Part shown: positions 9,938-19,345 of the stretch, piece by piece
How positions within the stretch are numbered: position 1 is the first letter of the stretch
Layout of the letters: each line of letters begins with the position of its first letter
Assembly (NCBI GenBank): GCA_965116145.1
Contig: OZ220482.1
Coordinates: forward strand, 1,089,450-1,153,449
Length of the DNA stretch: 64,000 bases
Direction of reading: 5' to 3'
From: Thermoanaerobaculia bacterium
GTDB lineage: Bacteria; Acidobacteriota; Thermoanaerobaculia; Multivoradales; Multivoraceae
Made by a program: the position numbers and the translations under genes
The notes under the pieces: generated by a model
Databases searched by the model: none
Told to the model about the DNA's origin: nothing
The model's input: only the letters and a program-made list of their open reading frames with translations

Positions 9938-10043
9938 CAAGGCGGTCCGGCCCGCCAGGAGCCTGCGCCGCGGAACGCAGCACAGCAGGTTCGTCGATGC
10001 CAGGTGATGGGGTGGTGAGGCGGGGCCGGGGCCCGACCTGGAG

Positions 10044-11045
10044 TCAGCGACGGGTTCGGCGGCTCTGCTCCAGCTCCAGCGCGGCGTAGAGCTCCCGCAC
10101 CTTGGTCCGCACCCGATCGCCGTTCTCGGGCCCCAGCCGCAGAAGCAGCTTCTGCGCCGGCTCGAGTTCCTCGAGCGCCGGATCGACGTACTCGAAGCTG
10201 ATGACGCGAAGGCGGAGTTCGGGCGGAGACTCCGGCATCGGCGTCGCCAGGAGCCGGGTGACCGCCCGTTCCAGCGTGTCGCCGAACTCGCCCGGATACC
10301 CGAGCTCGTCGTGCGCCCGCTCGAACAGCGGCTCGAGCTGCTGCCAGGCTCGTCCGGCGCCGGCCGCGTCGATCGATTCGAACACGTCGACCGCGAGATC
10401 GAAACGGCGGTAGCTGGTGTACGCCGGATAGAAGCGCTGGCCGCGCCGAACGACACTGAAGCCGTCATCCGGCCGCAACGGCTCCAGGCTGCCCTGGGGC
10501 GGCTCGTCGTAGGCAACGGCGCCGACCGCGCGGACGAAGCTGGTGACCAGCTCATCCGAGGCGAGCCAGACGAGCCATTCCGCGTGCCGGGACACGCCGC
10601 GGACCAGATCCCGGACCAGGGTGTCGCTCCCGAGCAGATCCGGCGCCGCGGGCGCCGTCGACGGCGGTTCGGCGGCGGCAGGCTCGGGCGCCGCGGCGGG
10701 GTCGGCGGGCACCGCATCGACAGCGGCGCCCGGGGGCTCCGCGCCGCCGGCGCCGCCGTTCGGGGGCGCCCCGCGGCTGGTGTACCACCACCACAGGACG
10801 ACCGCAGCGCCGACCAGGATCACGGTGGCGATGACGATCACCGCCATCGTGCCGGAACGGTCGGGACGTTCGCCCCCGGGGAGAGCGTCCGATTCCCGAT
10901 TCAACGCGATCGGCGGGTCGAAGACCGGACCGTCCGGCGCCCGTCCGGCCCTCTCCGGTTCGTGCTCTGCCGGCGGTCCCTCAGGCGACGGTTCCTCGGG
11001 CCGGCCTTCGCCGGTCGGGCGGACGTCCGTCGGTCTGTCGTTCAT
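10044..11045 (-). CDS. DUF3014-like membrane-anchored protein (single TM, Ala/Pro-rich linker)
   Basis: 333 aa with a TM segment MAVIVIATVILVGAAVVLWWWY and a conserved C-terminal domain. It lies downstream of, and is co-oriented with, the VWA and MoxR genes. Confidence 0.65.
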   Translation of the reverse strand: MNDRPTDVRPTGEGRPEEPSPEGPPAEHEPERAGRAPDGPVFDPPIALNRESDALPGGERPDRSGTMAVIVIATVILVGAAVVLWWWYTSRGAPPNGGAGGAEPPGAAVDAVPADPAAAPEPAAAEPPSTAPAAPDLLGSDTLVRDLVRGVSRHAEWLVWLASDELVTSFVRAVGAVAYDEPPQGSLEPLRPDDGFSVVRRGQRFYPAYTSYRRFDLAVDVFESIDAAGAGRAWQQLEPLFERAHDELGYPGEFGDTLERAVTRLLATPMPESPPELRLRVISFEYVDPALEELEPAQKLLLRLGPENGDRVRTKVRELYAALELEQSRRTRR

Positions 11046-11118
11046 GAAGACAGTGTAACCCGCGGCATCTGTCCGTCATTCCGGCGCCGCCGCGCCGCGC
11101 TGCCCGGCGTCGTGCCGA

Positions 11119-12312
11119 TCAGGCGGCGAGAGCCCGGTTCGGCCGGATGCCGCGCAGCACGTCGATGCCCTCGGTCAGACCGTCGATGGTCAGCTCGAAC
11201 ATCGGGAACACCTGCCGGATCAGGTGGATGGTCGGTGCGTTCCAGATCCGGCGCGGCTCCGGGTTGAGCCAGATCGAGTTCGGGCAGCGGTCGCGGAACC
11301 TGCGAAGCCAGTCGAGGCCGGTGACCTGGTTCGAGTGGTAGTAGTCGATCGCGCCGCCGGTGTGGGTCAGCTCGTACGGACTCATCCAGGCGTCTCCGAC
11401 CAGGCAGACGGACCAGGTGTGGTCCAGACGCTTCAGGACGCGGGACGTCGGCTCGCCCTTCCAGCGGCTGATGTCCGTGTACAGGTTCTCGTAGACGCAG
11501 TTGTGGAAGAACCTGAACTCGAACTTCTTGAAGTGGTTCGCCTTGTGCGCGGCGGAAAACAGCCGTTCGCAGAGCAGTGTGTGCGGGTCCATCGAACCGC
11601 CGACGTCGATCAGCAGCAGCAGCTTGATCCGGTTGCGCTTCGGCGGCCGGAACACGAGATCGATCTCGCCGGCATTGCGGGCGCTGCTGTCGATCGTCTC
11701 GTCGATGTCGAGTTCCTCGGGCCCCTCGTCCTTGTCCAGCTTGCGCAGACGGCGCAGCGCCAGGCCGATCTGGCGGGTGTCCAGGATGCGGTCCGAGCGC
11801 AGGTTGCGGAAGCGCCGGTCGGTCGCCACCTGCACCGCCGACCGGCCGCCGCCGGCGCCGCCGATCCGAACCCCCGTCGGGTGCTCGCCGCCGTGGCCGA
11901 AGGGCGACGTGCCGCCCGTCCCGATCCAGCGGTTGCCGCCGTCGTGGCGTTCCTTCTGTTCGTCGAGCAGCTCCTTGAAGCGCTCGCGGAGCTCGTCGAG
12001 ATCGAGGGCCTCGAGCTTCGCCCGCTCCTCTTCGGTCAGCTCCCGCGGCAGCTCCGGCTTCGACAGCCACTCCAGCAGCTCGTCGCTGATCTCGAAGTGG
12101 TTCTCGACCCCCATGAAGAAGGCGGCGAAGGCGCGGTCGTAGTTGTCGAAGTCCGCCTCCCGCTTGACCATCAGGCAGCGGGCCAGGTTGTAGAAGACGT
12201 GCAGGTCCGCCCGGCTGTGACCGGTGGCCAGAGCCTTCATCAGGGACAGCCACTCGGTGATCGTCACCTTCAGGCCGTAGCCCCTCAGATGGTAGAAGAA
12301 GTCGACGAACAT
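11119..12312 (-). CDS. VWA domain-containing protein (CoxE / ViaA-like partner of the MoxR ATPase)
   Basis: 397 aa. MIDAS-type motif LLIDVGGSMD. It is the typical partner encoded downstream of a MoxR AAA+ gene. Confidence 0.85.
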   Translation of the reverse strand: MFVDFFYHLRGYGLKVTITEWLSLMKALATGHSRADLHVFYNLARCLMVKREADFDNYDRAFAAFFMGVENHFEISDELLEWLSKPELPRELTEEERAKLEALDLDELRERFKELLDEQKERHDGGNRWIGTGGTSPFGHGGEHPTGVRIGGAGGGRSAVQVATDRRFRNLRSDRILDTRQIGLALRRLRKLDKDEGPEELDIDETIDSSARNAGEIDLVFRPPKRNRIKLLLLIDVGGSMDPHTLLCERLFSAAHKANHFKKFEFRFFHNCVYENLYTDISRWKGEPTSRVLKRLDHTWSVCLVGDAWMSPYELTHTGGAIDYYHSNQVTGLDWLRRFRDRCPNSIWLNPEPRRIWNAPTIHLIRQVFPMFELTIDGLTEGIDVLRGIRPNRALAA

Positions 12313-12335
12313 CGGTTCGGTCCGTAAACCCCGAG

Positions 12336-13166
12336 TCAGTTGACCCGTCCGCGGCGATGAGCGGCCATGACCGCTTCCATGTCGTTCTCGCGCTTCATCA
12401 GAACGCCCAGGAAGGGCAGCTCGCTCTCGATCGAATCGGTGCTCACCCCGCCGCGGCGGAGCGCCGCGATCCAGTCGATCAGTTCACTGGTCGAGGGCTT
12501 CTTGCGGAGCTCGGGCAGGTCGCGCAGCCAGTAGAAGCGCAGCAGCACCTGGCGCAGAAGCTCGGCCTCCACATCCGGGTGATGCACCCGGATGATGTCC
12601 TCCATTTCCGTCTTGTCCGGGAAGGCGATGTAGTGGAAGACGCAGCGGCGAAGGAAGGCGTCCGGCAGTTCCTTCTCGTTGTTCGAGGTGATGACGACGA
12701 TCGGCCGGAACTTCGCCGAATGCCGAGTGCCCGTCTCGTGGACGAAGAAGCTCATCCGGTCGAGTTCATGCAGCAGGTCGTTCGGGAACTCCATGTCCGC
12801 CTTGTCGATCTCGTCGATCAGCAGGACCACGCGCTGATCCTTCAGGAAGGACTCGCCCAGGGGACCGAACTTGATGTACTGCGAGATGTCGCCGATGTCC
12901 CGGTCGCCGAAGCGGGCGTCGTTCAGTCGCTGCACCGTGTCGTACACGTACAGGCCTTCCTGGGCCTTGCTGGTCGACTTGATGTTCCAGGTCAGGAGCT
13001 CCATCACCAGGTTCTCGGCGATGGCCTCCGCCAGCACCGTCTTGCCGGTGCCGGGCTCGCCCCGCACCAGCAGCGGCTTCTCGAGTGCCGACGCGACATT
13101 CACCGAGTCCCTGAGTTCGGGCGATGCAAGGTAGGTGTCGGTCCCTGAAAAGGCGTGAAATGACAT
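12336..13166 (-). CDS. MoxR-family AAA+ ATPase
   Basis: Real start MSFHAF at 13166; the track ORF 12336..14033 is over-extended upstream. Walker A LVRGEPGTGKTVLAEAIA, Walker B VVLLIDEIDKA, and the conserved MoxR C-terminal region are present. Confidence 0.9.
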   Translation of the reverse strand: MSFHAFSGTDTYLASPELRDSVNVASALEKPLLVRGEPGTGKTVLAEAIAENLVMELLTWNIKSTSKAQEGLYVYDTVQRLNDARFGDRDIGDISQYIKFGPLGESFLKDQRVVLLIDEIDKADMEFPNDLLHELDRMSFFVHETGTRHSAKFRPIVVITSNNEKELPDAFLRRCVFHYIAFPDKTEMEDIIRVHHPDVEAELLRQVLLRFYWLRDLPELRKKPSTSELIDWIAALRRGGVSTDSIESELPFLGVLMKRENDMEAVMAAHRRGRVN

Positions 13167-13310
13167 TCTGACCCTCTTGTCCTCCGGCGCGGCCGGTGTC
13201 CCCTCCAGCTTGATTGCAGGCAGCCGGCAGTGTAACAGACCGACCGGTCGGTAGAGCGCCGCCCGTAGACTCGCCCGGAAGCTGCCCGGAAACCGACTCT
13301 GGAGACACGG

Positions 13311-14105
13311 ATGAACCAGGTACAGCAGCTCGAAGGTCTGATCGAAGAGGCCTCTCGTATCGTCGCCTTCACCGGCGCGGGGATCAGCACCGAGTCCGGC
13401 ATTCCCGACTTCCGGAGCCCGGGCGGGGTCTGGACGAAGTACCGGCCGATCGACTTCGGCGAATTCATGGCCTCCGAAGAGGCGCGGCGCGAGTCCTGGC
13501 GCCGCAAGATCGGCAGCGACCGCACGATCGGGCAGGCGACGCCGAACCGCGGTCACCTGGCGCTCGCCGAACTCCGCCGCCGCGGCAAGCTGCGCGCCGT
13601 GATCACCCAGAACGTGGACGGCCTGCACCAGCAGTCGGGGATCCCGGAGAACGAGGTCATCGAGCTCCACGGCAACGCGACCTACGCCGCGTGCCTCGAC
13701 TGCCGGCAGCGCTACGAGCTGGAGCCGATCGTGGCCGCCTTCAGGGAGCGGGACGAGCTGCCGATCTGCCGACGGCAGAAACTGGACGGCGGCGTCTGCA
13801 ACGGCATCGTCAAGACCGCAACGATCTCCTTCGGCCAGGCGATGCCCGAGGCGGCGATGCGGCGCGCCCGCCAGGCGACCCTCGCGGCCGACCTGTTTCT
13901 CGCCATCGGCAGCTCCCTGGTCGTCTATCCGGCTGCCGGCTTCCCGGAGCTGGCAAGGCAGGCCGGCGCCCGGCTCGTCATCCTGAACCGCGAAGCCACC
14001 GATCTCGACGGCATCGCCGATCTCGTCCTGCACGCCGAGATCGGCCCCACCCTGGGCTCCATCACCGGTGTCTCCGGGACCGACAAGCGGGAGGCTCGCC
14101 GATAA
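13311..14105 (+). CDS. NAD-dependent protein deacylase, Sir2 family
   Basis: GAGISTESGIPDFR motif, the Zn-ribbon cysteines CLDC...CRRQKLDGGVC, and the C-terminal GSSLVVYPAA block. Confidence 0.9.
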   Translation: MNQVQQLEGLIEEASRIVAFTGAGISTESGIPDFRSPGGVWTKYRPIDFGEFMASEEARRESWRRKIGSDRTIGQATPNRGHLALAELRRRGKLRAVITQNVDGLHQQSGIPENEVIELHGNATYAACLDCRQRYELEPIVAAFRERDELPICRRQKLDGGVCNGIVKTATISFGQAMPEAAMRRARQATLAADLFLAIGSSLVVYPAAGFPELARQAGARLVILNREATDLDGIADLVLHAEIGPTLGSITGVSGTDKREARR

Positions 14106-14129
14106 GTTGATACGTTCTCCCTCATGTAC

Positions 14130-14165
14130 TTGACATCTGCGTGAGTTGCGCTAATAATCTCAAGT
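14130..14165 (+). promoter_or_regulatory. sigma70-like promoter for the Hsp20 gene, overlapped by an imperfect palindrome
   Basis: cTTGACAtctgcgtgagttgcgcTAATAATct. A -35 TTGACA and a -10 TAATAAT are separated by 16-17 nt. CTTGACAT...ATCTCAAG forms an imperfect inverted repeat across the promoter. A strong SD (AAGGAGG) lies 7 nt upstream of the ATG at 14242. Confidence 0.5.
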
Positions 14166-14241
14166 CGTCGGCAGCAGAAGTCAGCAGCCGACGCAACGGA
14201 ACGAGCAACTCACACACCGACACACAAGGAGGGAGAACATC

Positions 14242-14709
14242 ATGACCCGCAGTCTGATCCGTCACACCCCGCTCCGCCGCCCCCTGTTCGGGGCCTTCGA
14301 GCCGCTCCTCGGGAGCGCGATCCTCGACGACCTCTTCTCGCCCGTCCTGGGCCGGTTCGCCGGGCACGACGGCGCCGAGTCCACGCCGATGACCTGGTGG
14401 CCCGCCGCGGACCTCACGCAGACCGACGACGCCTACACCCTGGCCGTCGACCTCCCCGGTCTGACGAAGGCCGACATCGACCTCACGGTCGAGGATCACA
14501 CCCTCACCCTCTCCGGTGAGCGTCAGGCGAATCGGGAGGGCGCCACCGCCGGCCGCGTCGAGCGCGCCCACGGTCGCTTCGTCCGGCGCTTCAACCTGCC
14601 GGGCGATGCCGACGTCTCGGCGGTGAGCGCCGAGTTCGAGAACGGGGTGCTCGACATCACCGTTCCCAAGGCCGAGGAAGCGAAGGCGAGGAAGATCGCC
14701 GTCGCCTGA
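14242..14709 (+). CDS. Hsp20 / alpha-crystallin family small heat-shock protein
   Basis: 155 aa. Alpha-crystallin domain with the GVLDITVPK C-terminal motif. A strong RBS is present. Confidence 0.9.
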   Translation: MTRSLIRHTPLRRPLFGAFEPLLGSAILDDLFSPVLGRFAGHDGAESTPMTWWPAADLTQTDDAYTLAVDLPGLTKADIDLTVEDHTLTLSGERQANREGATAGRVERAHGRFVRRFNLPGDADVSAVSAEFENGVLDITVPKAEEAKARKIAVA

Positions 14710-14735
14710 TCCGGCCTCTCGGGAGAGACCACTGC

Positions 14736-14770
14736 AAGGGCCCTGCTTCGGCAGGGCCCTTCCTTGTTGT
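14736..14770 (+). terminator. rho-independent terminator after the Hsp20 gene
   Basis: Perfect hairpin AAGGGCCCTGC-TTCG-GCAGGGCCCTT followed by the T-rich tail ccttgttgt. Confidence 0.6.
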
Positions 14771-14899
14771 CCGGCACCAGCGACGGGTGCGGCTCTGCCC
14801 CGCCCGGTCATGCCGGCAGGCAGGCTGGCGGTAGCCGGTCTACGGCGTGCAGGCGTCCGGGAAGGTGGTCACGTCGGCGAGGGTGCGGCCGCCGGCAGT

Positions 14900-15028
14900 G
14901 TGGGTGTACCGCCAAGGCCGGCAAGGCGCGATGAAAGAGCACATTGGGGCATATGTGAGCGAAGAGCAACGCAGCCGGGCGGGATGCATGACTGAAACGA
15001 ATGCAACGCGACTTCTGCGACGGGCTGC
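14900..15028 (+). repeat. MITE-like repeat, copy B (5'-truncated), in tandem with copy C
   Basis: Shares the core GGCAAGGCGCGATGA...GAGCGAAGAGCAACGCAGCCGGGCGGGATGCATG...CGACTTCTGC and ends CGGGCTGC-TA just before copy C. Confidence 0.7.
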
Positions 15029-15030
15029 TA

Positions 15031-15189
15031 GCAGTCCGTGGCAGAAGTGCGTGTCGCACCGAGAGCGGTCAGGCGCCCGTCCGGCAAGGCGCGATGAGTG
15101 AGCATACTGGGAGTATGTGAGCGAAGAGCAACGCAGCCGGGCGGGATGCATGGCCGATCGAATGCAGCGCGACTTCTGCCACGGACTGC
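15031..15189 (+). repeat. MITE-like repeat, copy C (complete, flanked by TA dinucleotides)
   Basis: TA-GCAGTCCGTGGCAGAAGTGCGTG...CGCGACTTCTGCCACGGACTGC-TA. Almost identical to copy A. Confidence 0.8.
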
Positions 15190-15260
15190 TAGACTGCCGG
15201 CCCGGCTGACGATGCCGTAGCCGCGACCGAACCTGCGGCCCCTGTTTGTCCTCCACCAGC

Positions 15261-17060
15261 ATGACCGAGACGAACGATCACGCGCTCGCTCAGGAGGCCG
15301 GGGTGCCGCGCGCCGGGGCGGCGCCGACGGCCACGGATGAAGCTGCGGCTGATACCGTGGCGGACAACCTGGTCGTGACCGCGCTCGAGAAGGCAACGGA
15401 CGCCGAGGAGCCGGAGCTCGAGCCCCGGCACATCGGCGAGGTCACAGCAGCAGATGAGTCCGCCGCCGGGAATGCGGCCGGCGCCGAGCATCCCGCTGAC
15501 TCGGAGCCAGGGACGAAGACGATCGCCGCCGTCGAGAGCGGGGACGAAGGCGAAGCAGACACGAAGCCCGAAGCCGAGACAGCGCCGGACACGGAGATCG
15601 CGCCGGCCGTCGAGTCGACCGTCGAGAGCACGGCCGGCAGCGAGGTCGACGCGGACCCGGAGGTGGAGGTCGAAGTGACGCCAGCCACCGAGGTCGGGAC
15701 GGTGCCCGAAGCGACATTAGCGGTCGGGATCGAAACGGAACCGGAGATCGAGGCGAAGTCAGGAATCGAGGAGGAACCCGCCGCCGGAACCGTGCCGACC
15801 CCCGGCGCGGAAGCCGCACGGGACGGCGAGGACATCGAGTCGGCAAACGCGGGGGCGCCCGCCATCGAGGCCGAAGCGGAACCTGCGCCGGAGATCCCGA
15901 TGGCCCCGTCGGCCGTTCCCTTCGCCGCCGCGCTCGAGGCCGGGAACCCCGTCGAGGGCAAGGTCATCGGCTGGAACAAGGGCGGCTTCCATGTCGCCTC
16001 CGGCGGCGTCGCGACGTTCTGTCCGCGCTCGCTGATGGAACTGGGCAACCGACCCGGACCGCCTGCCCACTACGTGAACAACACGTACGAGTTCCACGTG
16101 CTCGAGATCAAGGAGGCAGGGCGCCGCATCGTCCTGACCCGACGGCCTGCGATCCGCAGCGAGCGGCGACGGGTGCTGGACGACCTGCGCGCCCGGCAGG
16201 AATCCCGGGAGCCGGTGAGCGGCACCGTGACGTCGGTCACCGATTTCGGTGCGTTCGTCGATCTGGGCGGGGGCATGGGTGGACTCGTCCACCGCAGCCA
16301 GATCTCCCGCACCCAGGCCGGCGAGCCGGCCGATCTGGTCAAGGTGGGCCAGCGGATCGAAGCTCTCGTCACCAAGGTCGAGAAGAAGCGGGGCAAGCGC
16401 GGCGGACGCATCTCCCTGTCGATGAAGGCCCTCGAGGCGGATCCGTGGAAGGAGACAGCGAAGGGACTCACGGCCGGCGACAAGTTCAGGGGCAAGGTGG
16501 TCCGGCACTGCGAGTTCGGCCTCTTCGTCGAGCTGGTGCCTGGCCTGGACGGTCTGGTCCACACCTCGCAGCTCCCGATCGGCAAGTCGATGCGCGCGCC
16601 CGAGTTCGCCGTCGGCGAGGAGATCGAGGGCTGGATCGTCGAAGTCGCCCCCAGGCGCCGTCGGCTCGCGCTCACCTTGCGCGAGGCGCCGGCAAGCGAC
16701 CCGTGGCAGGACCTGGGTGAGCAGTACGCCGAAGGCGCCGAGGTCGAAGGCAGGGTCGAGCAGGTGTCACGCCACGGCGTCTTCGTCGAGCTTGAACCCG
16801 GGCTTGTCGGCCTCCTGCCGATGTCGGCGATCACGCTGCCCGAAGGCAACCAGGCCCAAAGGGCCTATCCGCCGGGCCGCGGCGTCAAGGTCGTGATCGA
16901 GAGCATAGACCGCAAGCGGCGCCGCCTCGGGCTGGCGCCTCCCGGATCGCGTCTGGTCGGCACGAAGTCGGACTACAAGCACTATCGCAAGCGCCAGAAG
17001 CAGTCGACCGGCCTGAATGCGATGGCCTCCGCGTTCGCCAGACTCCGGCAGACCAGGTAG
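15261..17060 (+). CDS. S1 RNA-binding domain protein with a roughly 210-aa acidic low-complexity N-terminus
   Basis: The track ORF starts with TTG at 15246; the first ATG is at 15261. Three or four S1-like repeats (GKVIGWNKGGFHV, GTVTSVTDFGAFVDLGGG, GKVVRHCEFGLFVEL, GRVEQVSRHGVFVEL). The N-terminus is E/A/T/P-rich. Confidence 0.8.
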   Translation: MTETNDHALAQEAGVPRAGAAPTATDEAAADTVADNLVVTALEKATDAEEPELEPRHIGEVTAADESAAGNAAGAEHPADSEPGTKTIAAVESGDEGEADTKPEAETAPDTEIAPAVESTVESTAGSEVDADPEVEVEVTPATEVGTVPEATLAVGIETEPEIEAKSGIEEEPAAGTVPTPGAEAARDGEDIESANAGAPAIEAEAEPAPEIPMAPSAVPFAAALEAGNPVEGKVIGWNKGGFHVASGGVATFCPRSLMELGNRPGPPAHYVNNTYEFHVLEIKEAGRRIVLTRRPAIRSERRRVLDDLRARQESREPVSGTVTSVTDFGAFVDLGGGMGGLVHRSQISRTQAGEPADLVKVGQRIEALVTKVEKKRGKRGGRISLSMKALEADPWKETAKGLTAGDKFRGKVVRHCEFGLFVELVPGLDGLVHTSQLPIGKSMRAPEFAVGEEIEGWIVEVAPRRRRLALTLREAPASDPWQDLGEQYAEGAEVEGRVEQVSRHGVFVELEPGLVGLLPMSAITLPEGNQAQRAYPPGRGVKVVIESIDRKRRRLGLAPPGSRLVGTKSDYKHYRKRQKQSTGLNAMASAFARLRQTR

Positions 17061-17066
17061 AGCCTC

Positions 17067-17408
17067 GTGTCCGACGACCTGATCTACCGCGTGACCTTCC
17101 TGAGCCAGGGCGAGATCTACGAGGTCTACGCCCGCTCGGTCTCCCAGGGCGGCCTGCTCGGCTTCGTCGAGATCGGAGAGCTGGTGTTCGGGGAGAGGAC
17201 CCAGGTCGTCGTCGATCCCTCCGAAGAGCGCCTGCAGCGCGAGTTCAAGGGAGTCCGGAGAACCTACCTGCCCATGCACTCGGTCCTGCGCATCGACCAG
17301 GTCACGAAGCAGGGAACGGCCCGGATCCGGGACGTCGAGCGCTCGGAGAGCCGAAAGGTGACGCCCTTCCCCATGCCGATCTACACCCCCGGTGGAGAGA
17401 CCACATGA
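17067..17408 (+). CDS. DUF1820 family protein
   Basis: 113 aa with a GTG start. IYRVTFLSQGEIYEVYARSV...FVEIGELVFGERTQVVVDPSEERL matches the conserved DUF1820 pattern. Confidence 0.75.
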   Translation: MSDDLIYRVTFLSQGEIYEVYARSVSQGGLLGFVEIGELVFGERTQVVVDPSEERLQREFKGVRRTYLPMHSVLRIDQVTKQGTARIRDVERSESRKVTPFPMPIYTPGGETT

Positions 17409-17986
17409 TCAGCCGCAGTCGCCGCTTCATCGCGTATTCACTGGCTTCACTGGCCGCCCTGGCAGCCGTGACCGCCTCGCCGACGCTCGGCGCCCAGGAC
17501 GACGCAATGCGGGTCGCCTCGATCGATGTCGAAGCCGTCGTCGCCGAAGCCCGCGAGGGCAGGAGACTCGCGGAATTCCTGAAGCAGATCGAGACGGAGA
17601 CACGAACGGGTCTCGAAGCCAACGCGGGCCAGATCGAGGCGCTGCGCCAGAGCGCGGCCGGCAAGGGACCGGACGAGCGGCGGAGCATCCAGCACAGAAT
17701 CGAGGACCTGCAGCGCGAGTCCCAGCGCCTCGCCAGCGACGCTGAACGCCGAGCGGCAAAGCGACAGGAAGAAACGCTGCAGCAGATCAACGAGCGCCTG
17801 CGTCCGATCGTCCAGCAGTTGATCGACGAGAACGGCTACGACCTGATCCTGAACGCCAGCATCGGCGGCGTGCTCCACGCGAGCGCCCGGGCCGACCTGA
17901 CCCGGCGGGTCATCGGCATGCTCAAGGCCCAGGAGGCCCAGGAGGGAGAGCAGAGCGGGTCGAGCCCGGAGCCTCCTCGGCCGTAG
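17405..17986 (+). CDS. OmpH/Skp family periplasmic chaperone
   Basis: 193 aa with a signal peptide and coiled-coil content rich in Q, E and R. The start overlaps the upstream stop (ATGA). Confidence 0.8.
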   Translation: MISRSRRFIAYSLASLAALAAVTASPTLGAQDDAMRVASIDVEAVVAEAREGRRLAEFLKQIETETRTGLEANAGQIEALRQSAAGKGPDERRSIQHRIEDLQRESQRLASDAERRAAKRQEETLQQINERLRPIVQQLIDENGYDLILNASIGGVLHASARADLTRRVIGMLKAQEAQEGEQSGSSPEPPRP

Positions 17987-18025
17987 AGCGGGGAACACCC
18001 GGAAGGACGCCGGGCGGCCACGACG

Positions 18026-19345
18026 TCAAGGCGGCGGCGCAGGGCGCCCGCGATACCGCTCGTACGAGCGGCTGTGCCGGTTCGAGAGGTCGACGTCCCG
18101 GCCGCGGACGATCACGTGGCGCACCGCCGTGCGGACCTCCAGCGGGTCCCCGTCGGTGACGATCAGGTTCGCCCACTTGCCCCGCTCGATCGAGCCCAGG
18201 TAGGTGTCGAGTCCGAGCATCTCCGCCGCCCCCAGCGTCAGTGCACGGAGCGCAGCCTCCGGGTCGAGCCCGAACGCGACCGCGGTCGCCGCCTCGTAGG
18301 GAAGTACGCGGGCACTCGACGCATCGAACGTGCCGAACGCGATCCGGACGCCGGCGCGGTGGAGCTCGCCCGGCGCGGCGAAGGGGCCGTCATACGGGTC
18401 GTCCTCGTCGGCCGGCAACGCCTGAACCGAGCCGAGGATGACAGGCACCTGCTTCTCGGCCAGGAGCTTCGCCTCCTTCACCGCCTCACGCCCCGAGGCC
18501 AGGACCAGCCGCAGGCCATGCTCCTCCGCGAAGGCGACGGCGTCCCGAACGGCGCGGGCCCGATCGGCAACGACCAGGAGCGGCAACTCGCCCCGAGCCA
18601 CCCGAGCGACGGCCTCCAGGGCCTGATCGCGCTCCACCGCCACCGCATCGCCGGCGTTCGTGCGGGCGTGATCGTACTGCCGGGCCGCCTCGATCCAGTC
18701 GTCGAGTTCGTCCACCGTCCGGTCGTACTCCCGCTTCGCTTCCGAGAACTTCTTCTCGCGGACGCTGAACGTCGAGAAGTCGAACTCCCGGGTGGCCAGG
18801 TCCGGCCATTCGAGCACGACGCCGACGCTCTCCTCGACCACCATCTCCTCCACCGTCCAGCCGTCGAGGTGGACCACCGACGCCTGACCGGTCCAGGGTC
18901 CGCCGTCGGGGGCGGTCAGCACGTGCGTCGTACCGTTCGCCCTGGTCACCGGAATCAGCTCGCTGGCCGGATGCAGGCCTTCGATCGCCAGCAGATGCGG
19001 TGTGTCGCCCAGCTCCGCACGATCCAGCGTGGCCGAAATCGAGTCGATCTCGGTCAGCCCGAGGGCAGTCCAGGCATCGAACAGCCCGGGATAGACATGG
19101 AGGCCGCTGGCGTCGATGACGTCACCTTGCCGAGGCGCCGCAACCTCCGGGCCGGCGGCTTCGATCACGCCGTTGCGCACAACGACCGTGCCGACGTAGG
19201 GGGCGCCCGACACCGGATGCACGGTGCCGCCCGCGATCGCCAGCGTCTGGGCCGCCGCCGGCGCCGCGACGAGCGCCAGGACCGGGACCAGCACCCGCGC
19301 CAGCCGCCCTGCGGGCGCCGCGGCCAGGGCGCGCGGGCGGGTCAT
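18026..19345 (-). CDS. secreted amidohydrolase family protein (metal-dependent hydrolase)
   Basis: 439 aa. Signal peptide, the LHVYPGLFDAW pattern and amidohydrolase-like C-terminal motifs. The start overlaps the stop of the upstream amidohydrolase gene (ATGA). Confidence 0.85.
   Translation of the reverse strand: MTRPRALAAAPAGRLARVLVPVLALVAAPAAAQTLAIAGGTVHPVSGAPYVGTVVVRNGVIEAAGPEVAAPRQGDVIDASGLHVYPGLFDAWTALGLTEIDSISATLDRAELGDTPHLLAIEGLHPASELIPVTRANGTTHVLTAPDGGPWTGQASVVHLDGWTVEEMVVEESVGVVLEWPDLATREFDFSTFSVREKKFSEAKREYDRTVDELDDWIEAARQYDHARTNAGDAVAVERDQALEAVARVARGELPLLVVADRARAVRDAVAFAEEHGLRLVLASGREAVKEAKLLAEKQVPVILGSVQALPADEDDPYDGPFAAPGELHRAGVRIAFGTFDASSARVLPYEAATAVAFGLDPEAALRALTLGAAEMLGLDTYLGSIERGKWANLIVTDGDPLEVRTAVRHVIVRGRDVDLSNRHSRSYERYRGRPAPPP

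Noticed and set aside
15246-15260. TTG start for the S1-domain gene, and similar TTG/GTG starts given in the ORF track (27121, 63942)
   Set aside because: The first in-frame ATGs give more plausible N-termini, so ATG starts are preferred. Exact starts remain uncertain without RBS or transcription-start data.
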